Shown: positions 28,932 to 39,449 of the stretch, one piece after another | How the letters are laid out: every line of letters starts with the position of its first letter | How positions within the stretch are numbered: position 1 is the stretch's first letter | NCBI GenBank assembly: GCA_034439575.1 | Contig: JAWXAQ010000033.1 | Location: 1-64,000, forward strand | DNA from: Leptospira sp. | Lineage (GTDB): Bacteria; Spirochaetota; Leptospiria; Leptospirales; Leptospiraceae | Direction: 5' to 3' | Length of the DNA: 64,000 nucleotides | Translations under genes and position numbers: made by a program | The notes under the pieces: generated by a model | Database searches by the model: none | The model's input: the letters and a program-made list of their open reading frames with translations, nothing else | What the model was told of the DNA's origin: nothing

Positions 28932-29795
28932 TTAACCTTCGGCTGTTTTTCCTACCGAGATTAGCACTTTATGTCCCTTCAGTTCGCGTTTTTTCTCACG
29001 ATTTGTGACTACTTCGTCAAAATAGGCTTCGTAATTGGGAAAATTCGTACCCATGATCCTATCCCAAAAATTGAAATACAAACTATAATTGCCCTGAAAC
29101 TTCTGATGGTGCATATTGTGGTGAGTCGAAGTATTGATCCACTTTGTCAATTTATGGCTCGCAAATCCTTTGGGAAAAAATTCATAACCCAGATGCCACC
29201 AAATGTTCAGAACCATGGCATAAAAAGTGTGAAAGATAAGAACGGGAAAATGTATGGGAACCACCATAACAAAAATCACAATATAAACTGATTCCAAAAA
29301 TGCTTCGGTGATTTGAAAGCGATACGCCGCAAGTGGCGAAGGATTGACCGATTGGTGGTGTTCACTATGAACATGCGGATACACTTTTTTTAGGTGAGCG
29401 AATCTATGCATCCAATAGAACCAAGTTTCGTGCCAAATGGTGATGAGTACAAAACTGAATATCAAATAAGCCCAAGCTCCCAATCCATTAATTTCACCAA
29501 AATATACTTTGGAAGGAATGATTTTTGCCTTTGCTAGTATAATATTTGTTAATGCAACCAAAGTGAATACAATGAGTGTAATGGCTGATTGGCGGAACTC
29601 TTTCCAAACCTTATCCATTTTGGGATATAATTTTTGAATGTGGAACGGTTCAAAAAAATCTTTTTTCCAAAGATAAAAGAGAACGAAAGCAAAACCCGCG
29701 ATCGGATAATAACGAATAAAATTTAAGAACAATTGCACTGACCCAATTTTTGTCACACAATCCATCACTAACTCACATTGCACTGGTCCAAACAT
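28932..29795 (-). CDS. Sterol desaturase / fatty-acid hydroxylase family protein
   Basis: His boxes YWMHRFAH, HSEHH, HHNMHH; NYSLYFNFWDRIMGT. Confidence 0.93.
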   Translation of the reverse strand: MFGPVQCELVMDCVTKIGSVQLFLNFIRYYPIAGFAFVLFYLWKKDFFEPFHIQKLYPKMDKVWKEFRQSAITLIVFTLVALTNIILAKAKIIPSKVYFGEINGLGAWAYLIFSFVLITIWHETWFYWMHRFAHLKKVYPHVHSEHHQSVNPSPLAAYRFQITEAFLESVYIVIFVMVVPIHFPVLIFHTFYAMVLNIWWHLGYEFFPKGFASHKLTKWINTSTHHNMHHQKFQGNYSLYFNFWDRIMGTNFPNYEAYFDEVVTNREKKRELKGHKVLISVGKTAEG

Positions 29796-29862
29796 AAGAA
29801 CCTCCCAAGGTTTATGGATTCATTGTATGTGATAAATGTTTTTCCATCGACCGCTTGGGTCC

Positions 29863-29888
29863 ATTCGGAAGAAAAAAAGATTCCGAAT
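29863..29888. promoter_or_regulatory. Perfect inverted repeat between araC and desaturase, candidate operator
   Basis: ATTCGGAA-N10-TTCCGAAT, with a further TTTCGGAA half-site at 29895-29902; no U-tract follows on the minus strand. Confidence 0.45.
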
Positions 29889-29891
29889 CTA

Positions 29892-30989
29892 TCATTTCGG
29901 AAGGTTTAGTTTTCTGTATTCTGTAGGACTCAGGCCTGTTTCTCTTTTAAAAGCATCATAGAATGTAGACTTGGAAGGAAAACCTACTTCAAAAGCAATG
30001 GAAAGTATTGTCTTTTCGGGTGCATTTTTGCACAATTCTTTGGCTTCTTGGATGCGAAAGAAATTCACAAATTGAAAAAAGTTTTTGCCCAGATGCAAGT
30101 TTAGATATTCAGACAATTGGTGTTGTGATACAGAAAGCTCATTGGCAAGATCTGAGAGACTCATCTCATCATTACGATAAAACTTTTTTTCAAACATCAA
30201 ATGATTTAACTTAGCACCTAATGTATCTAAGTCGACAGATTTCAATTGCGAAACTTGGTATTTTTTTTCTTCGACTACGATGCGTTTTACTTCACCTAAA
30301 AGTTCAGGATTTCTATGCCTAAGTAAATGTATCATTATGATGAGTAGGCCAATGATGGCTGAGACTATTTCTAGTCCATGCCTATCATGAAAGTAAAGTA
30401 AAATCAAACCGACAAGGGAGGCAAAAGCACCTACACCCAAAACAAAAAGAACCATCCTTAATTGCGGTGATTTTTTGATCGTTTGCCATCGGAGTGTGCT
30501 AAAGAGTTTATTAAACACAAAAAAAGCCGCGATAAAGACGGGAAGAGCTGCTACAGTAATTGCAAATTTTGCTCGGATTGGGACACCGTTCTTTGGAAAG
30601 TTCTCTAACATTCTCAATTTTTCTTCACTAGAACTTAACAAAAATGGCCAAAGTAACAAAATGACGAGGAGAGGTGGAATCAATTCAAACAGTTTAAATT
30701 TTTGAACTTTTGATCCTTCATTCCAAAACATAGAAAAAAAACGTGAAAGAAAAGAACCAAACATAGCCGTAAAAGGTAGATGTAAAAGATAAAAATGGGG
30801 AATGTACTTATAACCTCCGCAACTGACAAAGTATGTATGGGATTGGAATATAAATACCAAAAAGAATAAAGCAGCCTGGATGAAGGTTTGTGAACTTTTT
30901 TCACGAGACAGAAGTTCTGAGAAGGTAAGTAATAAAGAGAGTCCCCCTGTAAATCCTATAAAAGTTAAAAGTGCAGAGTGAAAATCCAT
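29892..30989 (-). CDS. AraC-family regulator with N-terminal membrane domain
   Basis: Several TMs, then LSDLANEL...QLSEYLN...NFFQFVNFFRIQEAK...ILSIAFEVGFPSKSTFYDAFKRETGLSPTEYR. Confidence 0.95.
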   Translation of the reverse strand: MDFHSALLTFIGFTGGLSLLLTFSELLSREKSSQTFIQAALFFLVFIFQSHTYFVSCGGYKYIPHFYLLHLPFTAMFGSFLSRFFSMFWNEGSKVQKFKLFELIPPLLVILLLWPFLLSSSEEKLRMLENFPKNGVPIRAKFAITVAALPVFIAAFFVFNKLFSTLRWQTIKKSPQLRMVLFVLGVGAFASLVGLILLYFHDRHGLEIVSAIIGLLIIMIHLLRHRNPELLGEVKRIVVEEKKYQVSQLKSVDLDTLGAKLNHLMFEKKFYRNDEMSLSDLANELSVSQHQLSEYLNLHLGKNFFQFVNFFRIQEAKELCKNAPEKTILSIAFEVGFPSKSTFYDAFKRETGLSPTEYRKLNLPK

Positions 30990-31077
30990 CTAGACTCATT
31001 TATATAAGCCTGGTAAGGAAATCAAAATAAAATCACTTGCCATTTTTATAAAGACTTCAACTATTTAAGCAATTCTT

Positions 31078-32199
31078 GTGGTTGAAACTTCAAAATCTTT
31101 TGTTCTCCATTGGGAAGGTAGCACTTTGGAAGTTAATCTTCCAAGTCGTATGTCCTTTCACCAAACTCCGCATATCTGGTCACAGACAGTCCAAGAATTA
31201 AAAAATAGAAATCCTAATTTAATCCGTGTGAACGCGAGTGCCCTCACTTTTGCCGATAGTTCTGTATTTGCTTACTTACTAAAATTAAAATCATTTCAAG
31301 AAAATAACAATGCCAAATACGAATTACGCGGATTAGGTGAAAAATTTACTTATTCTTATAACAATGCCATTGGTAAAAATAAATCACTAGATAGAAATTC
31401 TATAATTCTTGGTTCCTCAGAAAAAATTGGGAAATTTACAATCGATGGTCTTCGGGAGTTATCATTTCTTGTAGCGTTCTCAGGTGAGCTAACAGTCTCT
31501 ATTTGGCGGTCCATGCTTCATCCTTCTCGCATTCGATGGAAGGATGTTTTGCGAGTTTGTGAAGCTATGGGGGTGAATTCATTTCCTATTATTGCAATGA
31601 TAGGATTTTTGTTGGGTTTGATTATGAGTTTTCAATCAGCCATACCTATGCGAAGGTTTGGTGCCGAAATTTTTGTAGCAAACTTAGTGGGTCTTTCTCT
31701 TTTTCGAGAATTAGGACCTCTGATGACTGCCTTCATTTTAGCAGGAAGGTCAGGTTCTGCGTTTGCGGCTGAACTTGGAACTATGAAAGTATCCGAAGAA
31801 ATTGATGCCCTTACTACTATGGGTCTTCCTCCTGTCCAATTTCTAGTCGTACCAAGGTTAGTTGGAGCCTTGATCATGACTCCACTTTTAACTATTATTT
31901 TTAATTTTTTTGGACTAATTGGTGGAGCCATAGTCCTTATGAGTTTTGGTTTTCCCTTAGTTACATTTATCAATCAGGTAAATATCGCTGTTGGTTTTAG
32001 TGATATTGCAGGGGGAATGTTAAAATCATATTTTTTTGGGATGATCATAGCTGCTATCGGCTGTTATAGAGGATTAAAAACCACAACTGGTGCGGGTGCC
32101 GTGGGAGAGTCCACGACTGCGGCTGTTGTCGGATCCATCATTCTTGTTTCATTGTTAGATGGTGTGTTTTCAGTTTTATATTTTTATTTGGGAATATAA
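31078..32199 (+). CDS. MlaE-family lipid ABC permease with N-terminal STAS-like domain
   Basis: RELGPLMTAFILAGRSGSAFAAELGTMKVSEEIDAL, GAVGESTTAAVV; N-terminal FADSS. Confidence 0.93.
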   Translation: MVETSKSFVLHWEGSTLEVNLPSRMSFHQTPHIWSQTVQELKNRNPNLIRVNASALTFADSSVFAYLLKLKSFQENNNAKYELRGLGEKFTYSYNNAIGKNKSLDRNSIILGSSEKIGKFTIDGLRELSFLVAFSGELTVSIWRSMLHPSRIRWKDVLRVCEAMGVNSFPIIAMIGFLLGLIMSFQSAIPMRRFGAEIFVANLVGLSLFRELGPLMTAFILAGRSGSAFAAELGTMKVSEEIDALTTMGLPPVQFLVVPRLVGALIMTPLLTIIFNFFGLIGGAIVLMSFGFPLVTFINQVNIAVGFSDIAGGMLKSYFFGMIIAAIGCYRGLKTTTGAGAVGESTTAAVVGSIILVSLLDGVFSVLYFYLGI

Positions 32200-32200
32200 A

Positions 32201-32953
32201 ATGTCAGATCCGATCATTAAAGTTGAACATCTTAAAACTGGATATGGCAACACTGTCATCATGGAAGACATTTCGTTTACTGTTAAGCGAGGTGAAATTT
32301 TTGGCATCCTTGGTGGTTCTGGTTGTGGAAAGTCGACAGTTCTTAAGAATATGATAGGACTTACGGAACCTTTCAGTGGTAAAATTTGGATCGATGAAGA
32401 TGATATCGTCAAAGCCGAAGGAAAAAACCGCCTACGCATATGGAATAAGATCGGTGTGATGTACCAACAAAGTGCTCTATTTGGATCTATGACATTACTT
32501 GAAAATATCAAACTGCCTCTAGAAGAATTTACGAATCTCCCATTAGAAGCTATGAATGCCATTGCGAAGATGAAGCTGAAACTTGTAGGTCTAGAGGCGT
32601 ATTCAGATTTGATGCCAGCAGAACTTTCTGGGGGTATGAAAAAAAGAGCCGCTATCGCTCGGGCAATGGCTATGGATCCTGAAATTTTATTTTTAGATGA
32701 ACCATCCGCTGGCCTTGATCCGATTACAAGTGTAGATCTTGATCACTTAATCATTCGTTTGTCTAGATCCTTAGGTGTTACATTTGTCATTGTCACTCAT
32801 GAATTGCCGTCTATCTTCACTATGGCGGATCGAGTGATTGTCCTTGATCGAGAAACCAAAGGTATCATCGCAGAAGGAAAACCCAAAGAACTCAAAGAAA
32901 AGGGTAAGGGTTTTGTTCATAAATTTTTCAATCGTATACCACAGGAGGATTAA
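32201..32953 (+). CDS. MlaF-like ABC ATPase
   Basis: GGSGCGKST, ELSGGMKKRAAIARA, LDEPSAGLDP, VTHEL; start at ATG 32201. Confidence 0.94.
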   Translation: MSDPIIKVEHLKTGYGNTVIMEDISFTVKRGEIFGILGGSGCGKSTVLKNMIGLTEPFSGKIWIDEDDIVKAEGKNRLRIWNKIGVMYQQSALFGSMTLLENIKLPLEEFTNLPLEAMNAIAKMKLKLVGLEAYSDLMPAELSGGMKKRAAIARAMAMDPEILFLDEPSAGLDPITSVDLDHLIIRLSRSLGVTFVIVTHELPSIFTMADRVIVLDRETKGIIAEGKPKELKEKGKGFVHKFFNRIPQED

Positions 32954-32956
32954 CGA

Positions 32957-33904
32957 ATGGGTTCAAACAATACGACATACTTTAAGGTAGGAATTTTTGT
33001 TCTTGCTACGTTTTTTGTTTTGATTGGATTTATTGTCACTTTTACAGCAAGTGCCTTATTCCAACGTTCTGTTAAATTAGAAACATACTTTGATGAGTCA
33101 GTGCAAGGTTTAGATATTGGTAGTCCTGTTAAACATCGAGGTGTAAAGGTTGGTTCTGTAGAATCGATTACATTTGTCCAGAATGAGTATGCCTCTTCTT
33201 TAAATTCTTCCGATAGCGAATTGTACGGACGTTATGTGGTGATCAAAATGTCTGTTCCCGAATTTATCAAAGGGGCTGATGATGACAATATCAAAAATAC
33301 TGTGGAACGAATGATTAAATCTGGTTTAAGGGTTAGGCTCGCCTCACAAGGATTAACTGGCACGGCTTACCTAGAAGTGGATTACCTAAATGCTGAAAAA
33401 AATCCTCCACTCTCTATCAGTTGGGAACCAAAAAGAATTTATATACCTTCTGCCCCGAGCACCATTTCACGATTTACTGCCTCTGTAGATAAATTTTTTG
33501 ATAAATTAGAAAAAGCAGATGTGGGTAAAATTTTAGAAAGCGTAGATGAATTGATCGCAAACTTAAATAATACGATCACACAAGCCAAGTTAGGGGATTT
33601 GTCAAGAGAAGGTACGGGACTTTTATCCGATCTTCGTAAAACAAACCAAGAAGTTAAAAACCTGATCGCACAACCCGAATTACAAAACACTCCTAAAAAA
33701 TTGGACCAAACGATCACTCAATTACAAACGACTATCAAAAGATTGGATACTATGTTATCCTCAAACCAAGGCGATATTAGCTCTGCGATTGAAAATTTAC
33801 GCATTGCTTCAGAAGATTTAAAGGAAGTAACCGCCAATGCAAAAAAATACCCTTCACAATTTATTTTTGGTGAAGCACCTAACAAATCGAAGCAGTGGAA
33901 ATAA
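32957..33904 (+). CDS. MlaD/MCE-domain protein with coiled-coil tail
   Basis: FDESVQGLDIGSPVKHRGVKVGSV, QGLTG, C-terminal YPSQFIFG. Confidence 0.93.
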   Translation: MGSNNTTYFKVGIFVLATFFVLIGFIVTFTASALFQRSVKLETYFDESVQGLDIGSPVKHRGVKVGSVESITFVQNEYASSLNSSDSELYGRYVVIKMSVPEFIKGADDDNIKNTVERMIKSGLRVRLASQGLTGTAYLEVDYLNAEKNPPLSISWEPKRIYIPSAPSTISRFTASVDKFFDKLEKADVGKILESVDELIANLNNTITQAKLGDLSREGTGLLSDLRKTNQEVKNLIAQPELQNTPKKLDQTITQLQTTIKRLDTMLSSNQGDISSAIENLRIASEDLKEVTANAKKYPSQFIFGEAPNKSKQWK

Positions 33905-33908
33905 AAGT

Positions 33909-34532
33909 ATGATTATCAAATTGTTAAATTATAAAAATTTTATTTTTGCCTTTATCGTTTTGTTTTTGGTGGGATGTTTAGGTGTCACAAAAACTTTCCC
34001 AGAAAAAAAATATTATTTGATAGAAGCAGAAAAAATTAATTCAGAATCACAAGCTCCTAAAGGATCTGCATTTAAAATTCGCAGGTTTTCCATCTCACAA
34101 AAATTTGAAGGCAAGGAATTCGTTTACCGTCAAGATAATGTTAACTTTGAATCCGATTTTTATAATTCATTTTTTATTTCTCCGACATCCAATTTGCGCG
34201 AAGAAATGACCAAAGGACTACTCGGAGCAAAATTATTTGAATGGGATGCCAATCAAAATACACGAATCGATCCAAGTCATTTTTTTGAAGTCACTATCTC
34301 CGAGTTATATGGTGATTTTCAAAATTCACCAAAAGCCTGTATGAGTATAGATGTATTTGTTTATATGGAAACTGGATTGAATACAAATACGATCTTGAAA
34401 AAGTCTTATCACCAAACAATTGATATTCAAAAAAAGGATGCAGGTAATTTAGTTGTTGGTTGGAACCAGGGTCTGACAAATATTCTGAAAGAATTGGAAA
34501 TTGATTTAAAAGGCAAAATTCTCATCAAATGA
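33909..34532 (+). CDS. ABC-type transport auxiliary lipoprotein (PqiC-like)
   Basis: Lipobox LVGC, YYLI, FVYR...YNSFFISP; last gene of the mlaEFD-like cluster. Confidence 0.75.
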   Translation: MIIKLLNYKNFIFAFIVLFLVGCLGVTKTFPEKKYYLIEAEKINSESQAPKGSAFKIRRFSISQKFEGKEFVYRQDNVNFESDFYNSFFISPTSNLREEMTKGLLGAKLFEWDANQNTRIDPSHFFEVTISELYGDFQNSPKACMSIDVFVYMETGLNTNTILKKSYHQTIDIQKKDAGNLVVGWNQGLTNILKELEIDLKGKILIK

Positions 34533-34951
34533 AATTTTTACATACAATGATTCGTGTTTTGGATTTAGATAAGTCACTTGATTTTTTTGAAAAGACACTA
34601 GGGTTAACGATAACAAGGCGATCAGAACATCCAGAAGGAAAGTATACACTTGTTTTTCTTTCGACCGGTGAACCTGAAGCACCTGAAATTGAGCTTACCT
34701 ATAATTGGGATGAAAAAAATCCCTATTCGGTCGGTCGAAATTTTGGACATATCGCTTATGAAGTGGATAATATTTATGAAACATGCAAAAGGATATCATC
34801 GCGCGGGGTCATAATCAACAGGCCACCGAGAGATGGACGTATGGCTTTCATTCGCTCGCCTGATCATATCTCTATAGAATTATTACAAAGGGGAAAAGCA
34901 TTGCCTCCCGAGGAACCTTGGTTATCCGCTAAAAATATTGGCGAATGGTAA
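34529..34951 (+). CDS. gloA: Lactoylglutathione lyase / VOC family
   Basis: [32 protein letters not shown]. Confidence 0.85.
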   Translation: MKFLHTMIRVLDLDKSLDFFEKTLGLTITRRSEHPEGKYTLVFLSTGEPEAPEIELTYNWDEKNPYSVGRNFGHIAYEVDNIYETCKRISSRGVIINRPPRDGRMAFIRSPDHISIELLQRGKALPPEEPWLSAKNIGEW

Positions 34952-34961
34952 GTTTTATTAA

Positions 34962-36197
34962 GTGTTAAGACTCGCCATCATTGGAGCAGGAGCAAGCGGT
35001 TGTTTTGCGGCAATTAGGATCAAAGAATTATCTAATTCTGAAATTAAAGTTTCTATCTTTGAAAAATCAAAAGAACCTCTAGCAAAGTTAAAAATTTCTG
35101 GAGGAGGCAGGTGCAATGTCACTCATCATATATTTGACCCTGAACTTATGGCAAAACGGTATCCTAGAGGTGAAAAAGAATTGCGCTGGGCTTTGGAAGA
35201 ATTCCAAGCAAAGGACACTGTGGAATGGTTTGCAAATCATGGGGTCTTACTTAAAACGGAAGCTGATGGTCGTATGTTTCCTGTTACAGATGATTCTGGA
35301 ACTATCATTACTTGTTTTTTGGAATTAATTAAAAAACATAACATCAAACTTACCTTAGATAAGGGCGTTTCTTCTATTTATTATCATGAAGATCTTAAAG
35401 AGGGAAAATTTCGAATTTGTTTTGAAGATGGTAGTGAATTATTTTTTGATGCTTTGCTGATTGCCACAGGTTCAAACCGCAAGGTTTGGAATTGGATGGA
35501 AGCTCTCGGTCATACAATTGTACCGCCAGTGCCATCGCTCTTTACACTCGGTATCACTGGTTCTGATATCATAGAACTTTCGGGTTTGTCTGTGCCAGAT
35601 GCCCGTATCAAAATTTCACCAAAGGGAAAAACGCAAAGCGGACCATTACTGATTACACATTGGGGATTTAGTGGTCCTGCGGCATTACGGCTCTCGGCTT
35701 GGGATGCTCGCAGTTTATTCGATTTAAATTATAAAACAGAAATTGAAATCAATTGGTTAGGTGATAGAAACATACAAGAATTAGAAGAAATTTTTCAAGA
35801 ATGGAAAATTCAGTTTAAAACGGTAAAAATACAAAACCAAAAATTTCCAGAAATTCCAGGCAGACTTTGGAATTGGTTTTTAACACAAATTAAAATTCCC
35901 GAAGATAAACGTTGGGTTGATATTTCCAAACAAGAAATCCGAAATTTAGCAGAAGTTTTGTGCAAAAACAAATTTCAAATGAATTCAAAAGGTATTTTTA
36001 AAGATGAATTTGTAACAGCAGGCGGGATTTCAAGAAAGGATATTAATTTTAAAAAAATGGAAAGTAAAATTATCCCCAATCTTTTTTTTACGGGAGAAGT
36101 CATCGATGTAGACGGAATCACAGGTGGCTTTAATTTCCAAAATGCTTGGACGACGGCTACAATCGCCGCCAAACATATTGTTAGTCTGGCTATTTGA
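34962..36197 (+). CDS. HI0933/YhiN/BaiN family NAD(P)/FAD oxidoreductase
   Basis: IIGAGASG, KISGGGRCNVT, LITHWGFSGPA, VTAGG, GEVIDVDGITGGFNFQNAW. Confidence 0.95.
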   Translation: MLRLAIIGAGASGCFAAIRIKELSNSEIKVSIFEKSKEPLAKLKISGGGRCNVTHHIFDPELMAKRYPRGEKELRWALEEFQAKDTVEWFANHGVLLKTEADGRMFPVTDDSGTIITCFLELIKKHNIKLTLDKGVSSIYYHEDLKEGKFRICFEDGSELFFDALLIATGSNRKVWNWMEALGHTIVPPVPSLFTLGITGSDIIELSGLSVPDARIKISPKGKTQSGPLLITHWGFSGPAALRLSAWDARSLFDLNYKTEIEINWLGDRNIQELEEIFQEWKIQFKTVKIQNQKFPEIPGRLWNWFLTQIKIPEDKRWVDISKQEIRNLAEVLCKNKFQMNSKGIFKDEFVTAGGISRKDINFKKMESKIIPNLFFTGEVIDVDGITGGFNFQNAWTTATIAAKHIVSLAI

Positions 36198-37626
36198 TTT
36201 TATGGATTTGGATAAAATCAACAGTTTGGGCAACCGAACCCGGAGCCCCCGAAAGTATCACAACCTGGTCTCCTGTTTTTAATTTTCCTTCTGCTTTCAA
36301 TACCTTGCTCATAAAAGCAATCATATCCGGAAACTTGTCCATCACAGGCATTACATAAGGTTGAACACCCCAATATAATTTCATTTTGCGTGATGTGCCA
36401 AGAAATGGTGTGAAAGAAAAAATTGGTTTTAAAGGACGAAATTCAGAAGAGAGTAAGGAAGAATATCCCGATCTTGTGAAGTTTATGATAGCTTGTGCAT
36501 TGATCGAACGGGCAATGCTTTCTGCTGCATAACCAAGAGCAGTTCTTTCTACCTCTATAACTGATCTATCCATATGCCTTAGATGAATCAAATGGATATG
36601 TGATTCTTCTGCGGCTTGAATGATCTTTGTCATCGTGTCGACAGCTTCCACTGGGAATTTCCCAGAAGCAGTTTCACCGGATAACATCACAGCATCCGTG
36701 CCATCCATTACGGCATTGGCAACATCACTTGCTTCTGCTCTCGTAGGTCTAGGATTGTCGATCATAGTCTCTAACATTTGTGTGGCGGTGATGACTGGTT
36801 TACCTCTTTGGTTAAGTTTGGTGATCATTTCTTTTTGAATGATAGGTACAAACTGAGTGTCTAATTCTACACCAAGATCACCTCGTGCAATCATCACCCC
36901 ATCACAGGCATCTATAATCTCATCAATATTTTGGATGGCCTCTGGACGTTCAATCTTTGCAATGAGTCCAGCAAAACTTTCTTTCATAAATTGGCGCGCA
37001 TATTCTAAATCAGCAGCTCGCCTTACAAACGATAATGCAATGTAGTCAACACCAAGTCCTAGTGCAAATTGTAAATCTTCGATATCTTTTTCAGAAAGTG
37101 CGGGAGCCGATATAGGAGTACCTGGAAGATTAATCCCTTTGTTGTCTTTTAAGATGCCACCAATCACAGTTTCGAGGACTGCTTTTTCTTTGGTTTTTGA
37201 TTTCACGATAAAAGAAAGTTTACCGTCATCTATGAGAAGTTTGTGGCCCACTTCTATATCATTTAAAATATATTGGTAAGTGCATCCGACTTCCTCTTGG
37301 GTGCCTTGGAAATCTGACTTATTATTGATCGCGATTAAATCTCCAGTTTTTAACTCAAAGGGCCCCGAAGCAAGTTTGCCTGTTCGAATTTTGGGACCTT
37401 GTAAGTCGGCAAGGATACCAATGGAGGTTCCTGCTTCTTGTTCACATTCCCGGATGAGCTCATACACTTTTTGGTGGTACTCGTGTGTGGAATGAGAGAA
37501 ATTCATTCGGGCCATATCCATCCCAGAATAGATTAAATTGAGTAAAGTTTCGCGATTTGCGGAAGTGGGGCCAATGGTACAAATAATTTTTGTGCGTTTT
37601 TGTGGGAGTTTTCTCTCTTCAGACAT
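36190..37626 (-). CDS. pyk: Pyruvate kinase
   Basis: RTKIICTIGP, ARMNFSH, DLQGPKIR, IAKIE, MIARGDLGVE, ATQMLETM, PTRAEASDVANA, MLSGETA. Confidence 0.98.
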   Translation of the reverse strand: MSEERKLPQKRTKIICTIGPTSANRETLLNLIYSGMDMARMNFSHSTHEYHQKVYELIRECEQEAGTSIGILADLQGPKIRTGKLASGPFELKTGDLIAINNKSDFQGTQEEVGCTYQYILNDIEVGHKLLIDDGKLSFIVKSKTKEKAVLETVIGGILKDNKGINLPGTPISAPALSEKDIEDLQFALGLGVDYIALSFVRRAADLEYARQFMKESFAGLIAKIERPEAIQNIDEIIDACDGVMIARGDLGVELDTQFVPIIQKEMITKLNQRGKPVITATQMLETMIDNPRPTRAEASDVANAVMDGTDAVMLSGETASGKFPVEAVDTMTKIIQAAEESHIHLIHLRHMDRSVIEVERTALGYAAESIARSINAQAIINFTRSGYSSLLSSEFRPLKPIFSFTPFLGTSRKMKLYWGVQPYVMPVMDKFPDMIAFMSKVLKAEGKLKTGDQVVILSGAPGSVAQTVDFIQIHKIK

Positions 37627-37712
37627 GCACCGAATAGTACACTTTTTTTTTGTTCCTGCAAGCAATTTGCTCGGATTGGTTGACTAGAAATTTTTTTCGA
37701 ATCAGGATTTGG

Positions 37713-38615
37713 ATGATGGGCTCTAAAGATTTAGTCTTAATTTATCATTCTCTATACAACCTGGATCTGCCAGGTCATGTGTTCCCGGCACACAAGTATT
37801 CTCACCTTTACAATCGGATCAAACGTGATCCTGTTTTTGCAAAATGGGATGTATTGCTTCCGGAAAGAGCTCTTGATCATGATTTGGAACTTGTACACTC
37901 AAAAGAATACTTAGATGATTTGTTTGGTTATGAACACACTCCTAGGACAATGTATTCTGAGTTACCTTTAAACCGAAATATTGTAACTAGCTTCTGTTAT
38001 GGTGTAGGCGGGACGGTTATGGCTATGGAACTCACCGCCAAACATCAATTTGCTTTTAATTTAGGAGGAGGTTATCATCATAGTTTTCCTGATAGAGCAG
38101 AGGGATTTTGTTATTTAAATGACATAGCCATTGCAATAAGAAAGGCAAAAGAGACATCACCTGACCACAAAGCACTTGTCATAGACTTAGATTTACATCA
38201 AGGCAATGGAAATTCATATATTTTTCAATATGATGACAAAGTTTTCACATTCTCTATGCACCAAGGTAATATTTATCCCAAAAAGGAAAATTCGAATTTA
38301 GATGTTCATTTAGAACCAGGCATAAAAGATGATCAATATCTAACATTACTTAGGGACTCTCTGGAAAAAATTCAAAGTCAATTTGATCCTGATATAGTTT
38401 ATTATCTAGCCGGAGCTGATCCTTATGAAGATGATTCTTTAGGTGAGTTAAAGGTCAGTATGAAAGGATTAAAAGAAAGAGACCGTATGGTCCAAACCTT
38501 TTGCAAAAATAAAAACATTCCATGTGTGATAACATTAGCTGGTGGTTATGCGAGAGATTTTCGCGACACTGTTGAAATACATTTTAATACAATTGCCGCC
38601 TTTGGAGAAAACTAA
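37713..38615 (+). CDS. Zn-dependent histone deacetylase family (HDAC11-like) deacylase
   Basis: HVFPAHKY, GGGYHH, GFCYLND, DLDLHQGNG, GADPYEDD, LAGGY. Confidence 0.94.
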   Translation: MMGSKDLVLIYHSLYNLDLPGHVFPAHKYSHLYNRIKRDPVFAKWDVLLPERALDHDLELVHSKEYLDDLFGYEHTPRTMYSELPLNRNIVTSFCYGVGGTVMAMELTAKHQFAFNLGGGYHHSFPDRAEGFCYLNDIAIAIRKAKETSPDHKALVIDLDLHQGNGNSYIFQYDDKVFTFSMHQGNIYPKKENSNLDVHLEPGIKDDQYLTLLRDSLEKIQSQFDPDIVYYLAGADPYEDDSLGELKVSMKGLKERDRMVQTFCKNKNIPCVITLAGGYARDFRDTVEIHFNTIAAFGEN

Positions 38616-39436
38616 TGGGAGTGTTTTCATCTACAGACAAAAAAAAAGGAGATATTGATTGGCTTAATTTAGATGAACTTGCATTAGTTGATGTCTCCAG
38701 AGAATTAAACACCTCCTTAAACATGGAGCCACGACTCTTTAATCGTTTTAGAAAAGATGAAGTCGAAGAATTGCTTAACGAAGCAGGGCTCTTAAAAGCA
38801 GTACAATCTAGAGGATTTCCAAATTCAGAACTTTCTATCGAAGTATTAAATGATTATGATAATCGAGTATACATAAAAACCAAAAAAGGAAAAATCCTCA
38901 TTCATATGCGCCTCAAGGTTTCGCAGTTTCAATTAAAAGGCGATGATGAAAAATTTCCAATGGTATATATAGATTGGTTACTCACCCAAAATTTAAATTT
39001 TTCTCAAGATAAACTAAAGAAAGAACTCTATTTCGGACAAGAATATCCTGGCCTCAATGTATTCACCGAAATCACTACATTTATTAGAATATTAGCAAAA
39101 AAGTTGGGATCTTCTGGAGCATTTAATGTTCCTGAATACTTTCACGATGCAGTCTTATTTGCTCGAAGGTTTCGATTTATTGATCCTGAGAAGGAAGGAA
39201 TGTTTCGTGCTTTAATCAAATCGTTTCGTGGAGTCAATTTGCGTATACTTTCTGCACAAATTCACAAAAACAAAGTTTGTTTTGATTCTGGAGAACATTA
39301 TGAATGGAAATATGGTGAAATGATCTCTTGCACTGATGCTTATTTAGAAAAGAAGGTTTTCCATGATGGCTATTTCAAAAGAGTGGAGGAAATTAAGCAA
39401 AAATTAAAATTTAGGCTTCGAGATTCTAATGAATAA
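38615..39436 (+). CDS. Hypothetical protein translationally coupled to the HDAC gene
   Basis: TAATG stop/start overlap; motifs IDWLLTQN, GQEYPGL, NVPEYFHDA, FRFIDP. Confidence 0.8.
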   Translation: MGVFSSTDKKKGDIDWLNLDELALVDVSRELNTSLNMEPRLFNRFRKDEVEELLNEAGLLKAVQSRGFPNSELSIEVLNDYDNRVYIKTKKGKILIHMRLKVSQFQLKGDDEKFPMVYIDWLLTQNLNFSQDKLKKELYFGQEYPGLNVFTEITTFIRILAKKLGSSGAFNVPEYFHDAVLFARRFRFIDPEKEGMFRALIKSFRGVNLRILSAQIHKNKVCFDSGEHYEWKYGEMISCTDAYLEKKVFHDGYFKRVEEIKQKLKFRLRDSNE

Positions 39437-39449
39437 AGCGAATTAAACA

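Noticed and set aside
28936..28963. Sigma28-like site (GCCGAAGG) before flgB
   Set aside because: Poor -35 match and spacing; lies inside the desaturase coding end.
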